Shown: piece after piece, positions 23,101-36,579 of the stretch
How the letters are laid out: every line of letters begins with the position of its first letter
Position numbering within the stretch: the stretch's first letter is position 1
Source: Setoptus koraiensis
Taxonomy: Eukaryota > Animalia > Arthropoda
DNA length: 64,000 bases
Reading direction: 5' to 3'
NCBI GenBank assembly: GCA_048013815.1
Contig: CM106585.1
Location: 23,002,001 to 23,066,000 of the forward strand
The notes under the pieces: generated by a model
Seen by the model: the letters and a program-made list of their open reading frames with translations, nothing else
Databases searched by the model: none
Told to the model about the DNA's origin: nothing
Program-made: the position numbers and the translations under genes

Positions 23101-26100
23101 GGCTACTGTAAGAGCGGTGTCATGATTGCTATCTGTTTGTGAGTCAACCTCGATCGGTGGATACCAGGAGGCGGGTGATAAAACTGATGCCGCTGTGTTT
23201 GCATCGCTTGTAACGGACGGTCCCGGTTGTTGCGAGATGGCTCCCTGACTGACGCTCTGTGAATCGGTTTGAGCTGTTTGACAAGACTGATCTTGGTGTT
23301 GGGGTGGCTGCCTTGAATGCCTCGTCAGAGATTTGGGAGACTTTCCGAGGGATTTAGTCTTCCGAGGTGTTGATCCCAGAGATGTTGGAACCGGAGGCAA
23401 AGGAAGCTCATCTGAACTAGATCTGAATGGCTTCGGCTCCGGTACCAAATTGCAAAGGGAATTCGAAGGTTGTTGCACAGTATCTATAACACTTGTTTGA
23501 GGGGAATTTTCTGGGCAACCATGATCTGATATTGAAGGCGAGGATGGTGATATGGGAGAAGACGGACTGGAAGATACTTGATCCCCTGAAGATACACCTG
23601 TTTTAATGGATGGATCGTTTGAAGAAAACTCGTGCAGGAGTCTCAAGCTGTCTCCTAAGACATTATAATCATTCTGCCAGTTTGTTGGTGGTGGATTCTT
23701 GCCGTCTGTGCAAGTAGTTGATTCAAATATTGCTCCTGGTTGGTGTGACTTTGCAGTAACTATCTGTTGCCGTAAGTACTCCTGATCAGTAGACGTGGTA
23801 GAGTGTTGCTGTTGCAAATGAGATATCGCGTCGGACACCGCTTGTTGCCACACAGATGGTTGTGTCACTTTGCTGAATAAGTTATTAAACCTGGTATACT
23901 CTGGAGCGGAAGAAGAGGCAACTGGGAAAGTTACTCCGGCCACTGAGGCTGCTGGACCTTGTTGAATTGCCATAGTAGCAGATGATGATGAGGATATGAC
24001 ATGTGCTGCGCTATCTACAACTCCTGCAAGTAGGTTAGCTGATGATATAGGTAACAAAGACGATGAGCTTTGTGCATTGCGGGTTTCCTTTGGTAGATTG
24101 TGATCACCAATCATAGCATCCGTTAGAGTTTTGGAATTCAGGAGGATTTCATCAAGGTTCGAAACGACGGATTTATTAACACCGGGGCTTGTTCCACCTG
24201 ATCTGTCCATTTGTACGTGGCCAACAGCGGCCAGTTGCTGGGCTATGGCGGCTATTGAGGTGTCAGAAGGTGATTTTGGCTGGGTCTGTAACACTTGATG
24301 GTGTACAGATCTGTTTTGAATCAACGAGGTAAATGTAGGTTTTTTATCACTTGCCAATGCTGTTGCAAAAGAATCTGCAGCTTCTGCACTATTTGTCGAG
24401 CACGTAACAGATGTGGCCTGGAAGGTCGTTATGGTAGATTCTTGAGTTGTGGTTGACTGATCTTTGGGTGTTGACTCAGTGATGTTGCTATTCCATGAGG
24501 CAACAGGTGTACTTTGATTCAGATTGGTATCCCCGGATGTATCGTTCGTCTCGTCAATAGGGATGTCTATTTCATTATGATCTGATTGATCATTATTATT
24601 GTTGCTCTGAAAATCTGTGGTCGACTTACAGCTTCCTGGCATATGCCTACAGTTGAGCTCAACTCTTGGATCTTGGTGCATGCATGCCTGATTAGAATCA
24701 GCTATTGCTTTCGAAGGATCCGTGTGACATAAAGAAAGGCTGAGGTTGCCATCCGTGGTAGTATGATGTATTGATGCCATATCGAAAGAAGATACTAAAA
24801 CAGAAGAGCTGTTCTGTCTGTTGTCTAGATTGTTCGGCGCTGCCTGTTGCGGCAATTGATTGATATGAGATAAACACATTTCAATGGGCTGATTGTTGTT
24901 AGAATTGCTTTCATAGTTAGTAGGTAGCTTGCTTGTTGTTTCGTTGGATAAACTCGTGCTTCTATTAGCTGATGCTATTGCATTTAGATGTGAAGATTGA
25001 AGGCTATTAGGGTAATCGATGAGGAGTTGAACAATCGTGGTATGACCACCCTTCGCAGCTTCAATAAGCATTGTAGAACTGTCTCTTAGTCTGTGTGTGG
25101 GATCAGCTCCATTTGCTAGGAGGATTTCAACTACCTCTAGATGGCCATTTCCACAGGCTAGAGATAGTGGTGTGTGGTCACAGTTGGTTGTAGCTTTGTT
25201 CACGTCTGCTCCTCTGCTTATCAGAAATTCTACAGTGGGCCCATGACCAGAACCACAGGCCTTCATCAGGGGAGTTCTGCCACCTTCGGCTTCGTGCTCA
25301 ATATCAGCGCCTGAAGAAATCAAGAATTCTGCAACATCGGTGTGTCCGTTGTCACAAGCATACATTAGTGCAGTATCTCCTGAGCTGGTAGCTGCATTAA
25401 CATCGGCTCCGGCTACAATAAGATACTTAACGAGCTCAACATGACCCTCCTGGGCCGCCTCCATCAATGGGGTATTTGCTCCAGCGCTAATTTCTGCACC
25501 TGCTTTTATCAGAAAGTCGACTACGTCCAGGAAACCGCCACAGCATGCTAACGTCAGCGCCGTCTCAAGTGTTTCATCTGTTTGAGCGTTGATATCCGCG
25601 CCTTGACTCAGCAAGAGAGCAACCATTTCCTCGTGACCTTCTCTGGCTGCTTCCATGAGAGGGGTGTAACCTTCGTCATTAACTTCCTCGATGTTGGCGC
25701 CACGTTCCAACAACAACATAGCTAATTCTACATGGCCCCCACAAGCTGCAAGTGTTAGAGGTGACTCAAAACTGTCAGCTGGCATTGTGACTTGGGCACC
25801 AGAATTCAGTAGTAATCTAGCAACTTCCACATGCCCATCCATTGAGGCTTCCATCAAAGCAGTGTGCATCTCTTCGGTTTTGTGTTCCTGATCCGCACCG
25901 GCTTCTAGAAGAAATTTAACCATTTCTAACTGGCCTTTATAACAGGCAAGTGTCAACGCAGACTCTTTGAATTCATGAGAATGCGTGTTGATCGAGGCAC
26001 CTTTAGATATCAATAATTTTGCAACTTCAACATGACCGTTAGTGGCTGCTTCCATTAACGCCGTATGTCCACTATCATTATGTTCCTCCGTTGGAGCGCC

Positions 26101-26805
26101 AGCGTCTAATAATAGACTCACACATTCAGTGTGACCATTAGTAGCTGCCATGATCAGGGGCGTGTTACCTTGATTAGTTTGAGCGTTGATGGAAGCATTA
26201 CGATCAATAAGAAGTTTAACAATATCCGCATGACCAGAATTGGCAGCCTCCATTAAGGGCGTAGTGTCTTTGTGACCGCGATCCTCGATCTCGGCACCCA
26301 TGTCTAATATCATCTCAACAAGAAAATAACAACCAGCTGAGCATGCCGCTGAAAGCAGGCTCTCGCCCTCCTCTGTTAAAGAATCTATGCGACCTTCATC
26401 TAGGAATTGACGAACAGTTTCAATATCACCTTGGTTGCAGGCATCAACCAATAAATTAACGGAACAACTTTGCCTCGTTGTGGCTGATGAAGTAGGATTG
26501 GTATTGCTACAGGTATTTGAAGTAGTGACAATAGTCGCGTTTGCAGTTGTTTGTTGTGGTGAGTTGAGTTGTTGGTTATTATTGTTGATTATTGCTTGTG
26601 ATAGAGATGGTGCAGTTGTGGAGGAGGTGATATTGATTGGATTTGGGTTGGATGGCACCGCTACAGACCCTAGTGATAATGTGGTCGGTGCTTGCGCTGG
26701 AGAGGTTGTCGTTCCTGCAACAGATAATGAAGATGCAATAGACGATGTGGATGTAGACTTAATCGGTGCAGTTGTTGTTGCAGTCGCTGAATGTTGTTTA
26801 TTCAT
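19525..26805 (-). CDS. mask: Ankyrin repeat and KH domain protein MASK/ANKHD1, single-exon 2426 aa
   Basis: Two ankyrin clusters (EFKESALTLACYKG, NHDTALTVACSGG, NRNTALTLACFQG), coiled coil/basic patch and KH domain (EEGWKEVV..VIVPANAISRVIGRKGCNIN). In-frame stop 6 codons upstream of the ATG. Confidence 0.96.
20222..20631 (-). repeat. 410-bp intragenic direct repeat in MASK, copy 2
   Basis: Identical to 23660..24069 except one synonymous change (20269 C vs 23707 T), by eye. Confidence 0.95.
23660..24069 (-). repeat. 410-bp intragenic direct repeat in MASK, copy 1
   Basis: Identical to 20222..20631 except one position; offset 3438 bp, in frame. Confidence 0.95.
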
Positions 26806-27039
26806 AATAGTAATGATAATTCAGCTTATTGGGTTCAGATTAGCGGCGTTTGCTTAAATAGAAAATATATATCTCAGTATATATTACCAATAATAGTAAT
26901 AATAATAGTTGTTATGGTGATAATATCTAGTACTAGATGTACTGGGAAATAGTAATAATAAAAGATATATGTATCATGTAGTTGAAATAGCAGTATAGTA
27001 ATAATAGTAATGATACATCTTCAATAATATCTCTATATA

Positions 27040-27100
27040 TTAATAGTAATAATAATATAATAATAATATAATAATAATAATAGTAATAATAATAATAATA
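27040..27100. repeat. (TAA)n-type AT-only simple repeat upstream of MASK
   Basis: Direct inspection. Confidence 0.8.
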
Positions 27101-30100
27101 ACAACGTAGATGGTTTTTTCTCTATTCCATTCAATCTCCAACTGCACTACTACTTTATTGTGTGTGTGTGTGTGTGCGTGTGTATGTGTGCACATGTGTT
27201 TGTGAGCATGTGTATGTGTCCGCCTATTTAAAGCCATTTTTCGATGCATAAACACCCGCTTACTCTTGATATTTGCACCGTGTATTCTTCCCCATTCGAA
27301 TCAGCATAGGTTTTTTTGTACATTACACAAGCACCAATTTTATGTTAAAGGGTGCAATGTTCATAACGTCCACCGCACTGCTATTTATTCTACGCCGCCT
27401 TCTACAGTGCATTTTTCTTGCTGAACAGTTAATGCTAGACAGGCACAGGTCGTGTGTGAGCACATGAGGCATATACAAATTGGACGGTAAATTCACTGCA
27501 CACACAACACACATTACACTTGGTGCACGCCGCACAAATGGATTTGTTGCACCTTCTGTGCCCTTGTGCAGCACAGAGAGTTTATATGGCGATTTGTTTG
27601 GTTTTGGACACCCCACATACAAAATCTTATACGCAGCTTCTGTGGTGCATTTAAAAGATGCACTGCCGACTATAGGCGAACAGTAGGTTTGCAAACTGTG
27701 CCAAATGCACAGTGAGCAAGAGCACAAATGGCTTTTCTAAATTGAAGAGAATCGTTCCATTTCTATAATAATGTGCCATCTTTATAAATACATTTTGCTA
27801 TTATACTGAAAGAGAGGGCATTCCGTTGGGTCACTGGAAAATCAATGAGAAAATCTTGTGCCACTTTCAACCTGGAGAGGCGCTCTAACACACTATTTCA
27901 TCAAATCAACAAAAAGTTACTCACATATTGAGTCTGGGGCCTACGAACAGCTGTTCGAGGTAACACGTTGGCTCTGCTGTTGGTGATGGTTTTGGCTCGA
28001 GACAGGAAGCGCCGCCTTGCAGACAAACTCGTAACAAACGCAAATACAAATGATGTCTTGAGCGTATTCGTCATTTAGAGCGTGTGTCGTGTGTGCAACG
28101 AATAGCGAGCACCATCAACTTTTCGGCATTGTGCTGCCGCAGACTACAGCGCCAATTGCAATGTGTTCTCAAGTCAGTGCTAAAAAAATCCGTCAGAGAC
28201 ACCAGTGGCGTTTTAAAATGTACAGCCAATCGCGGAGTGTCCCAATGGACATTTCCATTTTTCGATTGATACACTTACGCATGTAATCAAACAGATGAGC
28301 GCATACGATTTCCTTCGCAAGAGGGCGCGCTGCCCGTGGGCCTGGAGCCAGATACACCTAGATAGTGGACAAAACTAACTGTTACTCGATCACAGAAATC
28401 CTGGCAGCGCCGACCTGTCGGATTTTTTTCGCACTGAGCGCTGAAGCGCACACGCTACATTTATATATGATTATGACACCCTCTATCCGTAAAAAGAATC
28501 AGTTCATTTCTTGCATACACTCACACACACTCACTCGCACATGCATGCGCCCCCATGCAGTTGACCGTATGCTACACACAAGCACAAACATAGCAATGTG
28601 CTGATTGGCATGCCTTTCTGCTGCAACGATAGGCCGATGGTGCATGGGCACAAATGTGTGTGTGTGTGCCTATGAGCGTTGTTCCATCTTGATTCGTCCA
28701 CACTGTGCAATGAGAGCGTCGACGACGACGATCGCCAAGCGACCTCTCTTCATCATAATGCCTGCCATGATCGTTACATTGTGCGCCAATGAATAGATAT
28801 ATATGTGTTTGTTTGTCTGGCCGATCACAGGTCCGAAGTGTGTCTTAAAAAACTTGTGTTTAGACTCGAGTCGTCGTCGGCGGCGGCGGCGGCAACAACT
28901 CGCATTTACGCAATAGTGGGCTGGATAGTTTGCCCAAGAAATGCCGACCCGTTTTGCCGCACGCCGTGTGCAGTTCAAACTTTAAACTGCACAATGTGTG
29001 CTGCAGTAGAATAATAAGAAAAAAAAACCGACCGCAATCTTTATCGGCCCGAGCCTCACTAGTTTGCTCATGCGTAACACACACAAAAAACATGTGTTTG
29101 TTTAAACAAGTTGAGCGCGAAAAGATGGCTTCATCTGCGTCATCTGGTTACACGATGTCTGGCCTGCACCAACATTGCACACAATGGCGCATAGCGGAAA
29201 ACACCAATATGTCTTAATGTTATTATTTTGTTATTTCTAATCAATTCATCACCACTTGTTGTTGCAGCAAACATAAATGGACAGTGACAGCTAGACACTA
29301 ATGATGAGGTTGTCATTGAATTTTAATTAGTCAAACAACAATCCTTATCAAACAACAAACCTTATCCTAATCTCTACTGTGCAATGGATTAACAATATTA
29401 CAAGTGTATCTGCTGTTGCGTGCACAAAACAGTGACAACGGGCGGGGAGGGCCTGACTTTCAAAAGATAGATTTGAACGATAAGCTAGCTTAGCAGCGAG
29501 TCGCGCAAACAGAATTCAAATACATGCACGGTCTTACCATTAGTATGTATATATATACACACGCTAGTAAAGAATTGTTACTTTATTTTTGTTATATTGC
29601 CATACTGTTGCCGCTTCTGTTATTACTTTTTTTACTGCTGTTGCTATTTCTCTCTGTCTGCTACTGTTGCTGTTGTTGTTGCTATATCGGTAAGAATTCT
29701 CATGATGTTGTTGAAAGCGCATCTTTTCTACTGAAGTGCGCATTACAATCCTTTAGAACATGCATCTCGGGCTGTTCTATTTGTCTGTTACTGTCAATGA
29801 TGATGTCCCAAAGAGATAGATATATTTCCAACATATATCATACAACAATGTTTTATCTACCATTGTATATTAATATAGCAATCATATGTTGATCTTGCCA
29901 TATACCAAAGACGCTTACACAGTGACACAGACCCATATATTCCTATTGTCAGTAGGTTAGCATAAACAACTTATACTATTTGCCATCGATCATTTGCAGT
30001 CATCGTTCAGGCCCGTTTGTCCGGATATAAACCAAAATTTATTACGATTATATTTATATATATATATACATACATAGTTAGATTTACATCTATATTTACA

Positions 30101-30113
30101 TATTAAATAGTTG

Positions 30114-30611
30114 ATGATGAATCAAAATATTAACACTAGCAACATGGAGGAAATAATCAAGACTACAGCAAAAATTCAAGACACTGACAAGCCTTTAATA
30201 CAGACTCCCTTACGAACTTCACAACGAGGACCCGGTGTGGAATTTCAAGGAGTAAACAATAACTCTAGTCTTACTGAAAATATGTCCAAACAAAAGACAG
30301 ACAATGGAATAATGTTATTGAGCGGCAATCAAAAAGATTATGACAATGGAGTTGATAATCCATTTAGGCCTGGCAGTGATATTTGCAGAGAGGCTCAGCC
30401 AATTGTTGATTTCTACAAATCTGGACTCAATCATAGTCGTGCACAATCGCCTGTATTTCCCGGATCACAGCCTGGCTTTGGTAAAAATAATGATGGCAAG
30501 TTATTAGATAATGGCCTATACAACGATAGTAAACATAATGGAACAGCCAATAGGAAGAAAAAATCTTGTTGCAAATGTAGCAAGTGTTGGCCCTGTTGTA
30601 CCATATCCTAA
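30114..30611 (+). CDS. Small uncharacterised protein with NPF motif and polybasic, Cys-rich CaaX C-terminus
   Basis: Clean 165-aa ORF; DNPFRPGS..EAQPIV core; ends KKKSCCKCSKCWPCCTIS*. Confidence 0.75.
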   Translation: MMNQNINTSNMEEIIKTTAKIQDTDKPLIQTPLRTSQRGPGVEFQGVNNNSSLTENMSKQKTDNGIMLLSGNQKDYDNGVDNPFRPGSDICREAQPIVDFYKSGLNHSRAQSPVFPGSQPGFGKNNDGKLLDNGLYNDSKHNGTANRKKKSCCKCSKCWPCCTIS

Positions 30612-32021
30612 ATATGTTTTTCATTCATTGATTTGCTATCTGTTAAGCAATTTCAGACAGCCTAATCTAAGTCCTACTAGCTCTTCTTCAATATAACCCA
30701 GATCAAGTTCAAGATCAGTGACAAATTCTGATGATGGTTATTATTGGTTATGTTCTTCTAAGCATTGTGTAATACAAGAAGATAGGAGATAGATAGACTC
30801 AATTTTGACAATGCTACTGTCTATGGATTGGTCAACTCTTATATCTGACTTGGTGTTGCCGCTGCTGTTGTTGTTGTTCACTGTCTGGGCTGCTGCTGCT
30901 AAATTATCTGAATATTCTGAATCTTACAGTATATGTTATTCTAATTTGTGATTCCCTGTATTAAATAAGTTGATAAGCTGATGGATTTTGTGCAGTTCCC
31001 CATCGTAGACTACTGACTTTCTGTTCAGTGATCAAGATTGATTGATCTCAAAGAGTCGCGAGGGAATCAAGCATTGCGACGATATCAGGACTAATACGCA
31101 CCGAAGTCTTCATGTGTATAACCTTTTGATCAAGAGTCTGAAGCTTTTGGGTTACTGGTTTCTGAATATCTGAAATATTAATTTCATTAGCTAATCAACT
31201 GTTCTATCCATGCCAAATATATAAAAAAAATAATAAATCAGCTTTATTCACGAAAAGTGAATGGATTTGTGAGATATTAACAAAGTGTGGAAAAATAAAT
31301 GAAAAGTTTTCAGTCGTTACTTGTTTTGCGATGCTATTTTCTTGTTTGGCCTCACAGCCTAAACTTTTAACCTACCTTTAATAGAACCTACTATAACTAT
31401 TCTGAAAACTTTATTGAGATTGATATCAACAACATAGGGTTCAATAACATCAAGACCATAACTTTGTTAATAACTTAGCGCGTGATCAATAAACGATGAA
31501 AACTCTTGGTTGCGGTCAAATTACTTTGAATGCTCAATATGAATTCAGCAATCAGTCGTGTGATCAAACTGGATAAGATTATCGACTGATAAAAGTTTGT
31601 TACGACATCTAGTGAATGCAGTCAATCATCTAACCAAAATATTCTACAATATATTTTATTTTAATATATAACATCAATAGAAACATTTTTGAAGATGACA
31701 TCATTAATAATTAGATCGTGCTCGTTATATCTTGAATGGTTTATGTAGGTCTCACAGAAGAGACCGAACTAATCTCTTTAGTATCCGTCTGATTGTTTAA
31801 TTCATTTGTTATAACAAAAAAATCGGTTTTTTAAAAAAATTATTGTGTATGTCTTCTTTGATTGTAACCGAACAAATAGTTTGCAACAATAACAAACGTA
31901 ATAGATATATATTTATATGTATTTAGTTTAAGTGATAGGGGGGAAGTATATCAGCATCAACTACTATTAAAATTAATACATTATTTTTAATAACGGGGAC
32001 AGAAGCGATGGATAGGTTTCA

Positions 32022-34800
32022 TTAGGACGATTTGTTCTTGTTGATGTCCTCCGATGACGTGGCTACATTAGATGAGACATGATCGCCCTTGTTATTATTA
32101 TTGCTGTCGATGGATTGGTTATCTCTTCTATCTTGTTTAGTATCGTTGTTTTGCTGTGATTGTTGCTGTTGATTCTCGTTGTTTGAGCTGCTGCTGCTGC
32201 TGCTATCGTCTGAATATTCTCCATCGTTTTCATCGGAATCAGCACTCTTTTTGTCATTGCTATCATTATTTGATACATCTTGGTCGTCCTCTTCATCCTC
32301 TGAACGGCTGTGAGCGGAATCGTCCTGGTTTGAATTGGTATTTGATTGTGCGGACTCTTGTGGACTAGATTGTTGATGTTTGTTGTCTGAATTAACAGAT
32401 TGTGATGAATCCGTTGATTTGATATTTGTCACAGACGCAGCTTGCTGCTGATCATCTTTGGCACTAGCCTGAACTTGTCCGTTAACATTATTAGTTGATT
32501 GTTGTTTACCATTTGAGGGATCGTCCTTTCTTTCATCTGCTCTATCGTTCCAACTTAGAAGATTTGTTATGAATTTAGGTGGCGAAAAAAATGAACGCAA
32601 TTTAGATTTGAAACCAGATTTGGCACCCTCTGATGCTGCCGGGGCCACTTGCGATGTTTGAGCCTGAGCCGAAGGTTGGCTACTTTGTTGGTTGTTAGGC
32701 TGCTGTTGTTGAAACAGATTATTTGATGACTGTTGTTGTTGTTGCTGTTGTTGTTGTGGTATCAGTTGTTGAACCATTGGTACTACTGATGATGATTGAG
32801 CAAAATGCATATCGTGTCCCGGATGACCAACAATGGGTTGTGGTACAAACGCTGCCATTTGTGCACCCAAAGAGGCAAACTGGGGTCCATTGTGCTGATT
32901 GATAGAGCCAACGCCTGGAGCAACTGCATGCTGACCAATTAATTGTGCTGCAGCATGCTGAAGATTTTGCCCAATATTCAATTTAAGCGATTGCAATTGT
33001 GATTGCGCAGCCGACATTTGCGAATTTGATGGATTTACCTGTTGTGGGTGATGATGATGTGGTGAATTTTGTGAGGCTTGTTGCTGTTGATGTTGATTAT
33101 TATTCGGTCCATTATTGTTATTGTTAACAACCATTGATGATGGCAGTTGAATGCCGGCATGTTGGGCTACCTGTTGCGCAATAGCATGGGCAGTTGGATG
33201 TTGGTTAGCTACTTGTTGAACGGCATGATTTAATTGAGCGCCAACTTGATTGGTTATGCTAGATAAAGCGGGTAAAGCGCCATTAATGGCTGCCGGCATA
33301 GAGGGCAAAGACATTAATTCGCCCAATTTGGCGCCTAGCTTTGTAACAGAGGCTAGACCGCCCGATGCGGCTGCTTGTAACATTGGATGAGCGTTTGCCA
33401 ATAGGGCCGACGCAGCTGAGGCGGCTGCCGAGCCAGGATTGTAATTATTAGCGGGTTGTCTGTTTTGTTGATGATGCATTGCATTGTTATTTTGATTGTT
33501 TGTGTAAGGATTCAAGCCGATGGCCTCTGATTGTGCCAGAGCCGCGGCAGCGGCTGCTGCATTCTCTGCTTGTATCTGAGCAGTGATCTGATCAATATTT
33601 GAGGCACCATTGATAAATTGAGCATTTGGTGGATATTCCATAGCCATCAGATTTGAGGCACTATAATGTTGATTAAATATATCGCTAGCCGCGCCATATG
33701 GACCATTGTGTCTATTTTGGTTGGCATTGTTGAAACGGTGGCCATTGCCTCCGTTGTTTGTTATCATGTAGTTGTTGTTTTTTCCTTGTTGTTGGTGTTG
33801 CATACCGCGACCTCCTCTGTAGCCGCCGTGATTGTTTCCTCTTCCGCGTTTTCCTCTACCACCCTTCCTGCCACCTCTATAGGTGTTAACTGGTGAACCA
33901 TTGTTATTGTTGGCACCACTACTGTAACCTCCCTGAACATTGTTGTGTCCTCTATTAGCATTACCAGCCGCTGGCGCTGCATTATCTAAAATAGCATGCT
34001 CCACTTGGACCACAATAGGAATGATTGTCTTTTTGGCTTGTCTTAGTTTTTGAGATGATCCACTCGAGGCGCCTCCTCCTCCTACTGAGCCGTAATTTGC
34101 GCCGCTGTTGGCGTTGTTGTTGTAACCTGCTGCGATACCTGCTTGACTGGTTGGATAATCTGTAAAAGCTACGGAAGCGCCGAAACTGTTTGCTCCATTT
34201 CCATAACCTGAAGAGGCTCCTGAGCCTCCGAAGCCTGAACCTGAGCTCGCGTAATTGTTCCCTGAAGAGATAGCGCTTAATTGGTTTTGTCCGTTTCCTC
34301 CATATCCACCATTTGATGGCTGACCAAGCGATGTAGCGCCGTTGCCATAGTTGCCATTGTTGCCAGAAGCTTCTCCTTTGATGTTGTTGTTGTTGTTGTT
34401 TGCCACGCCCAATATGTTTGTTGGGGCGCCTATAATCAATGAAAATATAGTATAGGTGTGAGTGTGTGTTTGCGGGTATTTGTGTAAGGAAGTCAAGGAT
34501 GGACAAAGATTGAGATTGTAAAAAACTGTTTAGAAACTGCAATACGATTTGGGACTTTGAAATTAATAATGTTGATTAATCAGGGGCATAATTAGTAATT
34601 TCGATGTGTCACTCGGCTATTTACTGTCAACAAAAATCAATGTGCCAAACGAGTTGAATCGTTGTGAAAAAAGAAAAAAATGATCAAACATTATCTCCAC
34701 CCAATAATAAGCCTATATCAGAGGAGACAATTTTTGCATAGCCCCAAATCAAAAAAAGAGGAAGAATAGTCAAGCGACACGGTCTCCAGCGACAGGTCAT
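32022..34800 (-). CDS. Secreted G/N/Q/A/S-rich low-complexity protein, module A; join(complement(32022..34429,34701..34800)), about 835 aa
   Basis: 2.4-kb open exon after acceptor CATTGATTATAG (phase 1). Upstream exon MTCRWRPCRLTILPLFLIWGYAKIVSSD is signal-peptide-like with a weak phase-1 donor (GTGGAG). Confidence 0.7.
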
Positions 34801-34819
34801 AGTAGTCAACCAGCAAGCA

Positions 34820-35589
34820 CTAATTAAAATGAAAATGTTTGTTGAAAACATGCCTTGTCAATGCGTAGTAATCTTGTTTCAAAAAAATTGGCCTGCCTAC
34901 ATGAAGTTCGCTTGGAATATATTGGTTGTTATATCCAATCAAACTATCACAAAAGGCACCATTAGCAGAGCCTCCGGTTGTAAAGGGTGATAGTTGTTTT
35001 GCGGTTGCATAGTTGTTGTTGAAGTTGCTTTGACACCATAGATTAACATGCTCATTCATAAATTCATCCATCATGCTTAAATCATTGGTATTCATCAAAA
35101 AAAGATCATGTAAGAATGCACTTTCATCATAGAGATCTTGTCTTTTTGTTGTCATTGTATAGTTGTCAACTAATGCTGAATTGTTGAAGTTTGATAGAGC
35201 TCGCTCAACATAACTTAACAATCTATCACTATTAACGTTCATCCTACGAATAAATAAGCTAGAACTGAGTGCATCTTTAGTAGAATTGTTTTCAATCATG
35301 AATGGTGAGATCTTATCTAACGTAATCTTCTTTCGATTGTCGTTTCTATTGTCCATTGTTTTATCCTTATCACTACTATCAATCAATCTATTTGTTTTTT
35401 GTTGGCTAAATAAAAGCGATTGCTGCGATAAACATGCAACACTATTAGTTGAACAATGATAACTTCTCAGTTTGAATTTATCTGTTTTCAGCTTAAATTC
35501 ATCACCGACATTGTTGATAAGACTAGAATAGTTGCGAGAATTATCATCATAACTACCAACAGCTAAAATATCATTAGTGTTATTTGATA
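34820..35589 (-). CDS. Module D: open exon (256 codons) with four Cys, probably a terminal exon of the secreted-protein locus
   Basis: Part of ORF 34820..35659; phase-1 acceptor CCAAATAG at 35591-35590; no recognised domain. Confidence 0.5.
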
Positions 35590-36099
35590 CTATTTGGACA
35601 AGCAGACCATTTTTAGAGTATATCAGGAGGTAGCAGGCGATAGGGATTGGGCGTGGCAACGGAAACCATGTAACAATGCGTGTCGATTAGTGTCGTTAAT
35701 TAGTAATTAGTGTTAATTTGCATTGTTTTTTGGTTTTGTTTGTGAGCGTGTGTTTGTGTATGTGTCGTGCGCAATATTTGCATTGATTTGTTGATATAGG
35801 AGACAATGAATAGATATTTCATGTCAACAAGTTGCTACAAATTGCTAATTATCTGTATCAAGCGTGTTTTTGAGTGATAGAAATAGATTTTAGTAAACTG
35901 TTGCACCATGTCAACTACAGGCGACGCTCTCATTTTTAGACAGTTAGACCGATAATCAAAATTCGTCTCAACCAATCAAATACTAATATTCCTGGAAACC
36001 AGAACAGATAGAGTTGCTTAAAGACGCCACTGGAAGATAGAGTTAGAAAAGATATGGGAAATTGAGTATAGTTATAGCTAGACATTCGCACAGCCTCAC

Positions 36100-36579
36100 C
36101 TGAGTCAATAGGTAGTGCTTGACCAACTGCGGCGTTATAAGCTTGCCCAATCATGTTGTCTGGCATATGACCAATCGGAATAGCCATCAATTGATTGCCG
36201 TTTGCACCTTGTTTATAATCACCGCTAGATTGTTGCTGATTACTGTTGGCGCCATTATTTTGATACAACTTTCCCTTTTCGCTCATTAGGAAACTACTCA
36301 TGAAGCCATGATTGATTGCTATGTTACTGCCTCCTTGATTAGCATCACTTCCATATTGTTGATTATTATTATTAGTATTAAATGCACCATTGCCTCCTTT
36401 AGTATCTCCATAATTATTATTATTGTTAATCCTATTGTTTTCAGTGTGTGACTTTTGTGGCACTGAGTGCACTACGGCCATAGGTATTAGTATTGTTGGT
36501 GGTGTCAAAGAGGTGGGCGCTGGTGCGGACATCAAGTCTGAACCTTGAGATCCATACTGTGGTGGCTCTGTCTTGACGG
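36100..36579 (-). CDS. Module B: symmetric phase 1-1 exon (480 nt), G/N/Q-rich
   Basis: Acceptor CATTGATTGTAG, donor CAG|GTGAGG; shares GSDL, TKGG and a terminal DSG| with module C. Confidence 0.65.

Noticed and set aside
27273-29217. Short ORFs upstream of MASK
   Set aside because: No domain similarity; Cys/His-rich text comes from (CA)/(TG) richness; probably promoter or 5' UTR intron.
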